Below, one piece after another: positions 12,843 to 25,100 of a DNA stretch of 64,000 nucleotides. The first letter of the stretch is position 1. The number at the start of each line of letters is the position of its first letter. The notes under the pieces were generated by a model. The model had not been told where the DNA came from and did no database searches. It saw nothing but the letters and a program-made list of their open reading frames with translations. The stretch comes from Okamejei kenojei (lineage: Eukaryota), in the NCBI GenBank assembly GCA_035221665.1, contig CM069160.1:4712001-4776000 (forward strand), written 5' to 3'. The position numbers and the translations under genes were made by a program.

Positions 12843-14276
12843 TCACCTGCTTTGTTTGCTATTAATTGCTATAATCAGTTGTGTAGTCACTGATATCTTT
12901 TGTCACTTGTAATCATTTTTCCCTCAAATATAAGGAGGGTATTATATGGTTTTTCAGCCATTAAAAAAAAACTTAATTATGAAAAGATCTAACATTTGTG
13001 TGCTTTCTCATGTATGTGTTTACTTAGCCGGACTGTCGTACGGATTAATTCTACGACATAAAAAACACAGAAAGCTTTAAAACTCTTCACGTAGTCACTC
13101 ACGTGACTCCGAAGTAAAATAGTAAGATTAAACGAGAACTCACCTGTTCGAAGTTTGATCGTTATTTTACGAGGAGTTACGATGAGGGATTACGTGCCCT
13201 CCACTCCCACCCTCGTAAAATAAATGATCAAATGGTGGTTCTTAAGTCTTTTTATGAGCCTTACTATGTTACTCCGGCTTTGGTGTTTTCTGTGTTTTTT
13301 CATGCCGTTGCTTTGAAGTATGCCGTTACCAGCGTGAGGCGGGCTCTTCTTCACGTAATCCCTCATCGTAACTTCCTCGTAAAATAACGATCAAACTTCG
13401 AACAGGTGAGTTCTCGTTTAATCTTACTATTTTATCTGCACATTAGCTGTAAACGCAGCGTCAGAACGCTGTAACACTATATTCTGCACGCTGGTATATA
13501 TTTTTTATCTTTACACTACTTATGTATGGCTTAATTGTATTCACCCATAGTATGATGTGGCTGAATACCACGCAAAGGGTTTTTCACTGAATCTGGTTAC
13601 CCGTGTCAATAATAAACCATAGGTTGTATCAATCGATTGCAGCATCTAGTGTTTATTTTAAGCAGGTAGCAAGGTTTTATTAAATGTTCCTTTTTGCCAT
13701 TGACTACGTGGTGAAGAGCCATCCTTTTCCCACCGCTGAAGACCTCCATGCGCTAGTACAATATTCTGTCGGCGTGGGGCGTTTCGGCATTTGCAATACT
13801 GAGGATCAGCGACATATTTCCAAATCAGAATGGCTGTCAATTTGGATCTTGATCTGCAGGTGCTATTTTTATACTGTAGATTTCTAAGGGAGAATAACAA
13901 TAATTGCCCGCTTGGAAAGCGAAAGGGTGTTGATTTTACCGTCCAGAGGAAAATGATTATAATCTTCCATTCAGTGGCCAAAAGTAATACTTGTCCAAAT
14001 GAATCTTTTCTTCCCAGGACATCAGCACTTGCAAGCACTTGCAATTTCCAAGTTCGGGCGAGTCCCACTGTCTGGTCAAAATGATGGTGATTCAATTATT
14101 ATTTGAACAGAGACTGATGGCGGGGGAGTTAGCTTGGCAATGTTATTGAATGTTACATCTTGCCTAATACTACACCTGCAAACAACGTTGCTGTCATTCA
14201 CACATCTCCTAAACATGGAACTCGTATCTATACCAAAATCTTTGATTGAAATCAGAAAATATAAACAAATATTAAG

Positions 14277-14470
14277 GGCCGCTTCGCAGCAATCGAACGG
14301 ATACCTCGCAGCGTCAGAGACCTGGGTTTGATCCGGACTACGGGTGCTGCCTGTGTGAAGGTCGTACGTTCACACTGACTGCGTGGGTTTTCTCCGGGCG
14401 CTGGTCTCCACCCACATTCCAAAGTCATGCAGGTTTACAGGTTAATTGCCCCCTGTAAATTGCCCCTAGT
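14277..14470 (+). mobile_element. tRNA-derived SINE (HE1-like), degenerate
   Basis: B-box-like gggtttgatccggactacgggtgctg and the body shared with other copies in the window. Confidence 0.65.
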
Positions 14471-15567
14471 AAGATTTGTAAGGTGCCAACGTGGGATTGA
14501 GTCATCGAATCACACTGCGTTGAAACAGGTTTTTCGGCACAACATGCCCCATCCACATTAGTCCCAACTCCCCACGCTTGGCTCATAACCTATCCTAAGC
14601 ATGTACCTGTCCGATTGTCTGTTAATTGTTATGATAGTACCTGATTCAACCTCCTCCTCTGGCAGCTCGTTCCATATACCGTTCCGTTGTGTAAAAATGT
14701 TACCTCCCAGGCTATTAAATCTCTACATTCACCCCCTCTCATCGTAAACCTATATCCTCTGGTTCTCGAGTCCCCTATTATGGGGAAAAAACTCATGCGC
14801 AATTACCCGATTGATTGCTCTCATAATTTTGTAAACCTCTTTCAGATCACCCCATCCTCCTGCACCCTAAATAATGAAATCAGAGCCTTCTCAACATCAC
14901 CCTCCCTGAACATGTACCCACTTCAAGAACAGTTCAGCATAGGAACAGGCCCTTTGGCCCACATCTTCTGTTCCGAACGTGATGCCAAGTTGAACTAATC
15001 TCCTCTACCAACACATGTTCCATATCCCTCCTTTGCCTGCATACCCATGCCTTTCCAAATACGTCAAATGCGACTAGCAAGTCTCCTTGTAAATCTTCTC
15101 TGGACTCTTTCCAGCTGGTGTGTTAAAAACAAAGTGCATGAAGAATTCAGTGGGTCAGGCAGCATCTGTGGTGGGAATCGACTGACAACGTTTTGAAGTC
15201 ACCAGTCAGAACAAGCTTTAAATAGCCTGAAAAGTCGTTGTTTCATTCCATCCCACAGATGTTGCCAGACACACTGTGTTCCTCCAACAGCTTTGCTCAA
15301 CGTTACAATATCTGCAGTTTCTAGAATCGCCAGAGATCTGTTAACTGTTACCATTCGTTTACCCTATTTTATTACATTTTGTATAACATTTCTGTTATAT
15401 GATGTTGCAGTCTTGGAGATGTTTTCACCTCAGCTGCGAACCTGCTTTCCTCCTGTACATTTCTACTTTAATCATGCTAAATTATGGTAATTGCCACCAA
15501 AACACGTCATCACTACCACTACAATACTACTCCCATCTTGCTGCCAAGCAATACCCACCATTTTATA

Positions 15568-16346
15568 TACATAGAAACATAGATAATAGGTGCAGGAGTA
15601 GGCCATTCGGCCCTTCGAACCTGCACCGCCATTCAATATGATCATGGCTGATCATCCAACTCAGTATCCCGTACCTGCCTTCTCTCCATACCCCCTGATC
15701 CCCTTAGCCACAACGACCACATATAACTCCCTCTTAAATGGAGCCAATGAACTGGCCTCATCTACCCTCTGTGGCAGAGAGCTCCAGAGACTCACCACTC
15801 TCTGTGTGAAAAAAGTCTTTCTCATCTCGGTCTTAAAGGATTTCCCCCTTATCCTTAAGCTGTGACCCCTTGTCCTGGACTTCCCCAACATCGGGAACAA
15901 TCTTCCTGCATCTACCCTGTCCAACCCGTTAATAAATTTGTAAGTTTCCATAAGATCCCCTCTCAATCTCCTATATTCTAGAGAGTATAAGCCGAGTCTA
16001 TCCAGTCTTTCTTCATAAGACAGTCCTAACATCCCAGGAATCAGTCTGGTGAACCTTCTCTGCACTCCTTCTATGGCAATAATGTCCTTCCTCAGATTTG
16101 GAGACCAGAACTGTACGCAATACTCCAGTTGTGGTCTCACCAAGACCCTATACAACTGAAGTAGAACCTCCCTGCTCCTATACTCAAATCCTTTTGCTAT
16201 GAAAGCTAACATACCATTCGCTTTCTTCACTGCCTACTGCACCTGCATGCCTACTTTCAATGACTGGTGTACCATGACACCCAGGTCTCGCTGCATCTCC
16301 CCTTTTCCTAATCGGCCACCATTTAGATAATAGTCTGCTTTCCTGT
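15568..16346 (-). mobile_element. CR1 LINE 3' fragment
   Basis: ORF 15661..16230 is the CR1 ORF2 C-terminus, nearly identical to the 57334-58512 copy. Confidence 0.92.
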
Positions 16347-17820
16347 CACTTCCAGTCACCTTAATACTATTCCTCAATTAATTTGAGAACCTCTGCACTC
16401 TGGTTCAGTGACAGATAATATTAAGTGTAAATTCACAACTATTTATTGTTCTGGGGTGGGTTATTTCGCACCATATAAACAGGCCAAAATATTTCTCTAT
16501 CCGTATCCCTATTTGATCATTGTATTTGATAGACAATGATAAACACAAAACAATGGATCATTTAAATGTTTACTGTGCTGATGGAGACCATTCATCCTAT
16601 TTGGCCAATGCCACCTCTCTACTGGAGAAAATCACGTGTTCAACCCCAGCCCTTAGACTGTACTTTTTCATTTTCCTGCTCACAATAAGTTTATCCAATT
16701 CTCTCTTTGTAATGACACATAAATAGCATTCGGATCAATGAACGGAGAAAGAAAGTTTCAGGGGTACAAATGATTATCTTTATTACATCAAATTACACGA
16801 CAAAGCATTAAAAAAGCAACGAATCTCATAGTGTTGGGCTCAATGTGTTAAATGATAGAAGCAGTGGCAAATACCATCAAGTCTCATTCTTCTGCCCATT
16901 GGAGACTCCTATTTATGACGGCTGGTATGGAGATCTTGCGGGCCCAGCCACTGTCTTTCAAAGGTTCTGCATTAAATCACGCACCGAGCTATTCTTGCAT
17001 GTATCTGAGAAAGAAAGGTTTATCTTATCCTTTTACTACACTGTAAATATCCTTGTAGGCTGCTCCATAATTTCCCAGTTATTCTAAGCGAGCCGACGCA
17101 TTTTCTCAAGCATCAAATTGTTTCCCAAAGCCAACGTACTTTCTTACCATTCAGTGCCGTTAGCGGAACATTTCATCTCAGGTGAAAACCCTGTTTACCT
17201 TTTCCAATGCATTATGGGCATAATGGACCCAACTACACATATACGTGACATACATTTGAAATTCCAAACACACGTTGCATATATGTCCTTGTTCTCTCTC
17301 ACTGTGACATCTAGCCCTCAAACCTTCCATCAACGTGAACAGCCTCCCCATCCATTCTTCCCAGTAAAGATTGATCATTTTCCAGAGCTCCAAGAAATTA
17401 ATTTGTGATTCACCACCATCTGACTGAAGAGATTTACCCTGATCCCTTTCTAAAGATACATCATGTTATTCTGAGAAATATACTTGCCAAGACTACAGCA
17501 TCTGCAGTTTTAGTCTCCTGATCTTAGGAATAATGTTCTTGTTATGGAGGGAGTGTTGTGAACGTTCATCATATTTCAGGAATGGGAGGACAAATGTATG
17601 AAGGGCAATTTGGGCGATTAGTTTTACATCTGTGATTAGGACCATTCTAAAACTACTACAAAATTCATATAGGTCTGTACAGATTCATGAGAGTCAAGAG
17701 TGTTTTAGTGTCATATGTCCCAGATAGTACAGTGACATTATTACTCGCTGCAGCACACGGAATATGTAAGCATAGCACACGGTAAACAATATGAAAAGCG
17801 AGGAATAAAAATCAGTGTGC

Positions 17821-17853
<33 letters not shown>

Positions 17854-20800
17854 TACTAATGGGTACACACACATATACGTGTATATATGTACGTATACAT
17901 ATATTCAAGAGGGAAATCAGGTCAGTTCAGGACCCAGTAGTCAGAATCTGAAGCTCAGGCATAAAGTTGAGACGAAGAGCGATTACTTCTTCCACAGAAT
18001 GATGAACGTGTGGAATGTTATACCACTGGAAGCAATTGAACACAGATCATTACATTTATTCAAACAGTTATATGTTATTCGTATGGTCAAAGGATCACAG
18101 ATGATGAGGAGAAATAAAAGGATCAAGGTAATAAATGTGGGTCATAATTTGTCACATGGATTAATAGTTGAGGCTCAAATGCCTGAATTCCTATTAATTT
18201 TATATTCTACATTTCAACATTTTTGTATTTATCCTGGCCACATTTCCTCTGCATCGAAGAGCATGATAACTTAAACGGAAAAGATACCCTGGTGCCTATG
18301 CAGTTTTTGCAGATAAGACAGATGCATACATTGGTTTGGTGTTCACAAAGCGAGGACAAATCAGAAAACAAATTCTGAACACGCCATCCATTGCTGTTTC
18401 AATGTGTTAACTCAAGATGCAAAAAAAGAATACTACTGTATTTTTTTAAGCACAGCACTGAAAATATACTAACCTATATTTAAAACTTTTTTGGATAAAA
18501 TAAATAAAACATGGTCATCGAATCTCCCTGGCTAAGTCTTCCACCCCCTGCCCTCCACCCCTTTGAGAAGTGGCTGAAGGGTGATACATAAAGGTTTTAA
18601 ATGAATCACATTGGTGAAAACATTTCCACCATAAAATCCAGCAGGGAATTCTACAGAGAATGCTCCCTCTCCTCCTCTCCCACCCAATACTGGTGACAAT
18701 GAGGATCCAGATGAATGAATTGCATTTAGGGGAAGGCTGGGCAAACACAAAGGAGAAAGGAACAGTCGGTTCTACATTGGAGAATCCAGCATAGACTAGC
18801 CAACTATTTTGCAGATCGCATGTGGGAAGAGGCTCATGTGGACTATATGCAGCAGTATTGACGGGATAGGCAGAGTGGCCTGTTTCTACACACTTGTTTC
18901 CACTACAACCTTGTATTGCTTTCACTGCCAATTCATTTTGGTCATTTTGTTCCCTTTCTTTTAAAAAAAACATACAAAATCAACTTTGACGTAAGATAAC
19001 TGTGATTGATGCTGTTGCAAATAAATGGAGGCATTACATTTTCTTAACAACAATTTATTTTTTGCCTTGCATATTATATCTTTCATATTATATCTTGCAT
19101 ATTCCATATATCTTGCCTTTACTTTGCAACATGAAGCCACTATACAACAGGGTGCAATCCAATGTGCTTACTTGGACTTCATGCCCATCTATTTCCAAAC
19201 ATCTTGCACTCAATGGTCTATTCATCAAGCACATTCTACAGGCAACTATTATTTGGTGAAATGTCAAGAGCAGCACTTGTACCAAATGAGCCACATAAAA
19301 TGAACTTGATCACAGTGCCACCAGTCACTGTGGACAATTTTATATTCATATCAATGATGCATTCTATGCATTAGATTAGAAATCTACAAAGTTCAAACAA
19401 TCAAGACGTTTTGACATCATCAAATAACCAAGCATCATGTAACAACATTTACTGGTGCTGAGTCTCAGAATAAATGCAATGTTAAAACAAAATATATTCT
19501 ATCCAATAATGACTGTAGCTAATGGAATCTGCGACTAAAAACAGAAGACTGAAAGCATTCAATGGCTCAAACAAAATTATTGGGACAAATGGTTGATATC
19601 ACAAATAGGGTCAAGAACCTGCACCAGGCATGTGAGGGAAGAGGATGGATTGCCCATATATAGCAATCAGGGAGGAATAGGACAGAGGCTGGTAGATCAA
19701 ATGTAGAACCAGGTGGGGAGAGGATAATAGGTAAATGGAAACATGTATGAGAGGAGGAGGAAGAGGCGAACAACAGGAGAATAAACTTTTCAAGTGAGAC
19801 AGAGGTTCACCTTCACCTTTTTCAAATTTCCCTACTGCATTCACTGCTCACACTGTGGTCTTCTCTACTTTGGAGAAACTAGCTTAGACGTCAACCATTT
19901 TGTAGAGCACGTACCCTTTGAAGTAAAGAGAATCCTGAGACATTGTATGGTATTTTAACACCTCTTCCCACTCTCACACTGACCCATCTGTCATTATCCT
20001 TGGGCACTGAAAGTTTTAAGTAAAATATCTGATAATCCACCTGGGTACCTTACATGACGGTGGTATGAATATAAAGTTTTCACATTTCAGCTTATCCATA
20101 CCACTGGTGCTCATTTGTTCTCCCACAACCAACCCTACACCAACTTTGCTCCATCTGCCCATCATCACCTTCCCAGCTGATTCCACCTGCCACTTACCAG
20201 CCTCTGCCCCATTCCCCCTTCAAGCTGTTAGAATCTGGCCATCCTCTCCTTCAAATCTAATGCAGTGCCTTGACTTGAAATGTTGGTATATGTCACTTGC
20301 CTCCACAGATGCTGTTTGACCAAGTACTTCCACTGGCCTTTCTTTAGTCTAAAATTCTTGTTGGAAATAACCACAAAGTCTTACTCTATCTATAATTGAA
20401 ACCATTTAATTGGTGATCTTACAGAGCTTTCTAAAATCATGAGGGCGATTGATCAGGATTTATTTTACCCAGGGTAGGGTAATCAAGAACCAGCAAAACC
20501 AGGTTTAAGCAGTTCAATACAAATTGTTTAGGTGTCGGAGCTGTCAAACAGGGGCGTCACCTATTTTGCTGGGGGGGGGGGGGGGCAAGCTAGTCTCCCT
20601 AGAGGGTCAAACAAGATTATAGCCTATCACTACATCCCAGTGTATAGCTAGTACATTAAAACATATAACACTTAATTTAATACTGACAAAATATTGCACG
20701 GTTGCACTCACTAATTATCATGAAATATCATTCTGAAGCAAGTAAAGAAAAAGACGATTGTCATGTATTTTTACAGAGGTGCTGGCAAGATACCGACTCG

Positions 20801-22139
20801 CCCTGACTATCCCACAGCTCTGGGCCTTCACACACACACTCACTCACACACACACACACACACACTCACCCTCACACCCACTCAGCTACACACCCACCAG
20901 GGTTATAGGCTCAGCACCAGGCCCACAACCACAAAGGATGCACATATCACATGGTCTGACTCAGCTGCATCCTAGTGCTCCCCCCTCCTACAGGGAACCT
21001 CAGTAGTGATGGGTCTTCCCCTTACCCCTCTTTTAATCAGTTTACCCCGACCACACATCCGCTAGTTATAATTCGACGCTGTTCATTATTTTCTTTAACA
21101 GAGGTGCCAGATCGGTGCCCCGGTGAGCTCCGGCAGCACTGCACCCCTGGGTTTAAGGTGAGGAGGAAGATTTAGTAGGAACCCGAGAGGCAACCTTTTC
21201 TACTAAGAGGTTACTGGGTGTATGGAATGAGCTGCCAGAGAAGGTAGAATAACAACATTGAAAAGACACTTGGACAGATACATGGATAGAACATGTTGAG
21301 AGGAAAGTGGGCCAAACATTGGCAAATGTGACTAGCCTAAATGTAGCAGCTTGTTCTGCTTGGAGCATTAGGCGGAAGTACCTGCTTCGGTGCTATATGG
21401 CTCTAAGACTCTTTGTTAGATGATCATAAACATGGCAAATGGAGTTTAATAATGGAAAATATGTGCTCACACACTCTGGTAAGAGCAATTAAAAGGAAGC
21501 TATTATCTAAATGGAGTGAGATTGCAAATGAGTGGAGTACAAGAGATTCAAGTGCTTAAAGTGCAAAAGAAAAGCCAGCAGGTGGACGCAGCATACAACG
21601 CAGAAGGTGATTAGCATATTGGCATTCAAAGGTAGGTTACTATTGTAATTATGGGACATGATGTTGCTAAGGACATATCAGGAGCACTGTGCACAGGTTG
21701 GTCCTCAGATTTAAGAAAGGATATATTAATATTGGATATCACCCAGAAGAGATTTCTGGAATAAGCAAGTGTTGCCTCACCGTGAATGGCTGAAATCACT
21801 GATTCAGTGATCAGTGTCCCTTGGAGATGACAAGAAACAGTTAAACTTATGAATGTATTAAAGAGGTATGATGGGGTGGTGAATTGATGGATCGTGCGTG
21901 GATATATTCTAAAAGAACAGGGAATTGTGTCTTATGTGGAATAAGCACAGTAAAGGGGTTGAGGCCTCAGTCATATCAGCTGTTATCAACATAAATTGCT
22001 AGACAGCTCTAATTTGTACAAATGCAGGGCAGTCTATTGAGAATTTCTGTCATGTTTGATAAACATAATTTAACTCTTTCCATTTTTTTCAGTTCCTGCA
22101 TTTTAATCACATCCATGAAATCTTCTACTCAGCGTTTGG

Positions 22140-22180
22140 TTAGCAGTGCACGTTCTGGTTTGGTTGAATATTTTGATAAT
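22140..22180 (-). CDS. Predicted cytoplasmic-tail exon of the class I gene (DYQNIQPNQNVHC*)
   Basis: Strong acceptor atttccctcctcag in apparently non-repeat sequence 1.9 kb downstream of the TM exon. The phase-1 join gives GAT TAT CAA AAT ATT...TGC TAA. Confidence 0.7.
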
Positions 22181-25100
22181 CTGAGGAGGGAAATTATATA
22201 TTAGACAACTAACAAATGGCAGAGAACAGAACTCAGAAAGATGCAACTTGTTTATTCGCTTTAACTGTTGATCCATCCCACATAACATCTACCTTCCAGA
22301 TATAATGGTACAGGGCCAGACACCCAGGTTTGATCCTGACTACGGGTGATGTCTGTACGGAATTTGTACCTTCTCCCTGTGACTGCATAGGTTTTCTCCA
22401 GGTGCTCCAGTTTCCTCCCACATTCCAAAGACAGACGTGCAGGTATGTAGGTTATTGACTTGTGTCCCTAGATTATGTGGGTGATCGTTGGTTGGTGCGG
22501 ACTCAGTGGGCCGAAATGTCTGTTTCAATGCTCTCTCTCTAAACTAAACAAAAAACTCAATGCTCCTTCAAATAGTTTCGTCCACACAAGTTCTACGTTT
22601 CCAACTTTCGCTTCCTCACTAGGGTCAAATTACAGAGACCAATTAATCCATAAACCCTGGCATATTTGGTATGTGTGTGGAAACTGGAGTACAGTGGAAA
22701 CCCATGCGGTCATGGGGAAAACATGCAAACTTCACACAGCCGACAACCGAGGTTAGGATTGAACTGATGTCTCTGACGCTCTGAGGCAGCAGCTCTATCA
22801 GCTGCGCCACTCATGTTCAGCACAAACGTTGTTGGACGACGGACCTGTTCCTCTATTACAGGGGCATTCCCATGCACCGTAGAATTCAGCGACTCCGCAA
22901 CATTGGGTCACTGGAAGTATTCCCTGCCTGACGATCAGATCACATTGAAATGCCTCCAGATCAGTCGGACAGACACCAGTTAGGCAGCATCTGCCTGCAA
23001 ATGATTCATGTCCCTCCAACCCCTGCATCTCCATGCACCCAGGAAGGTGCACACCAAACGCCACCATCCCTGGCAGTGCTTCCCAGGCACACACCACATA
23101 GAGTGTAATAAAAACCTGCCCTTTTTTTAAAACTGCAGCTTCTACCCTGTACTGAATATAATGCAATAAGTTAAATGTCATAGTAGGCATTTAGTTAATT
23201 GGGATAATTTTAGTCAATTGGGAGGTGTGATTGCAAATCCTATACAATATCATAAACCAAGTAAAATGTGACAAAGTCAAAATGGCCCGGCACAAAGAAC
23301 AGAATATTCATGAACATCGATAACATGTCAAGGTACTGAATAAAACAGTTGGGATGTTCTGCTACAGTTGTACAAGATGTTGGTGCGGCCGCATATGGAG
23401 TATTGCGTTAAGTGTTGGTCACTCCACTATCGGAAGGATGTCATTAACAGGCCTGAGATTCAGGGAGAGGATGGGCACGCTTGGACTTTATTCTTTGGCA
23501 TCCAAGTGGCTGAGGGATGATCATATAGAGGTTTATAAAATCAAGGGGAACAGATAGATTGAATGCACGGAATCTTTTAACCAGCCTTGTGTAATCAAGA
23601 ACCAGAGGACTTAGGTTTAAGGTGAGAAGGAAACGAGTTATTCGGAACCATAGGAAGTGGAAATATGGAACATTCCAGGGGAAGGAGTCGAGGCAGGTAT
23701 TAAAAAAGCATTTAGAACACACTTGGACAGGTACAAGTATAGTTTAATTGACCACTGTAAATTGCCCTCAGTAGGTGGGTGACTGGATGAGAATGTGCAA
23801 TAAGATAGAATTCATGAGAACAGGTGGTTGGTGGTTCGCATGGACTCAGTGGGCCAAAGGGACTGCTTGTATGCTGTACCTTTCGATGATATCTCTAGGA
23901 TTTGGTGCAGTGAATCCATAATGCCTACCTATTTATGTGACTCTGAATTCACAATTTTCAAATATCTGATTATCAAAAACATTTAACAACAGCACAAAGG
24001 CTAGTTGACAGTGGTGACTGGCGAGGCATTTCAGGTGTAGCTGCTGCCTTACCCTACTTGAGATCAATCATTTCTTCAAGCCCAATACATCATTAGCAAC
24101 CGTGCATCACAGTGTTTCCATCTTACCTCTCCTCTTTTTTCTCCACCAAACAATTACTACCAAGACAATAGCCAGTAATATCAGCACACACACGGCAATA
24201 AGGCCTATGTGCCTGTCTTTCTTCCTATTTCCTTCTGAAAAATAAGAATGCATCATTTTTTACAAATCAATTGTTAAGCTGTGCATCTAAATAGATTGGC
24301 ACTGTCTGAAGACTTCAGGATGAAGAAGGGTCTCGACCCGAAATGCCACCTATTCCTTTTCTCCAGAGATGCTACCTGACCGCTGAGTTACTCCAGCATT
24401 TTGTGTCTATCTTTGGCGCTTTTCAAGGTATATAAATATGTTGTTTTGAATCATGGAGTTCTGCAGCATGGCAAAGGGACAATATCTGTTCTGTACAACT
24501 GTATGATCTATGGGACCATCACAGCCACAACTTAATTCAAGAAAGAAGGTGAATTGAAAGCAGAAAGCTTTAACCCTATATCACCGAACATCTGTTTTGG
24601 GGAAAATGCTGGATATTTAATATGCTGAACATTTAATGCTGAACATTTAATAATAACAAAATAATAAAGTGCATTAACAGGGCATTAATGGGAAAATTCT
24701 AGAAAGAAAGAGATGCAGATACTGATTTACACAAAAGCATTAGTTTAGTTTTTTGTCACGAGTATTGAGGTACAGTGGAAGGCTTTTGTTACGTGTTAAT
24801 CAGTCAGTGGAAAGAATATACATGATAGACACAAAATGCTGGAGTAACTCAGGCAACATCTCTGGCGAACATGTACTCAGTCAGAAGGATTGTGACCCGA
24901 AACATCAGCTATTTCTTTTCTCCAGAGATGCTGCCTGACCAGCTGAGTTATTCCAGCAATTTGTGTCCATCTATCTCCCTACACATGGACAGTTGACATT
25001 TCGTTTTGGGACCCTTCTTCAAACTTTGTTTGAGAAATTGATTAGAATTCTTTGAAAATGCAACAGGAACCCGCAGACAATGTATATTCGAGCAGCAGTA

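Larger units (their letters stand above)
8503..13434 (+). mobile_element. Full-length, degenerate DIRS1-type tyrosine-recombinase retrotransposon
   Basis: ITR 8531-8568 matches 13320-13357 (38-bp inverted). ICR 13084-13196 is complementary to the left end (8503-8540) and the right end (13352-13433). Internal RT, RNase H, methyltransferase-like and YR remnants are present. Confidence 0.93.

Noticed and set aside
13658-19400. Several 60-150-aa ORFs between the DIRS and the class I 3' end
   Set aside because: Apart from the CR1 ORF at 15661-16230, no recognisable motifs or consistent splice structure; partly decayed repeats.
19480-19534. Alternative class I last exon (acceptor ttctgtttttag; VADSISYSHYWIEYILF*) with AATAAA at about 19054-19059 on the minus strand
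   Set aside because: Not called as coding because the 22180 acceptor is nearer and stronger. It may be a 3' UTR or alternative exon, but this is unsupported without transcripts.
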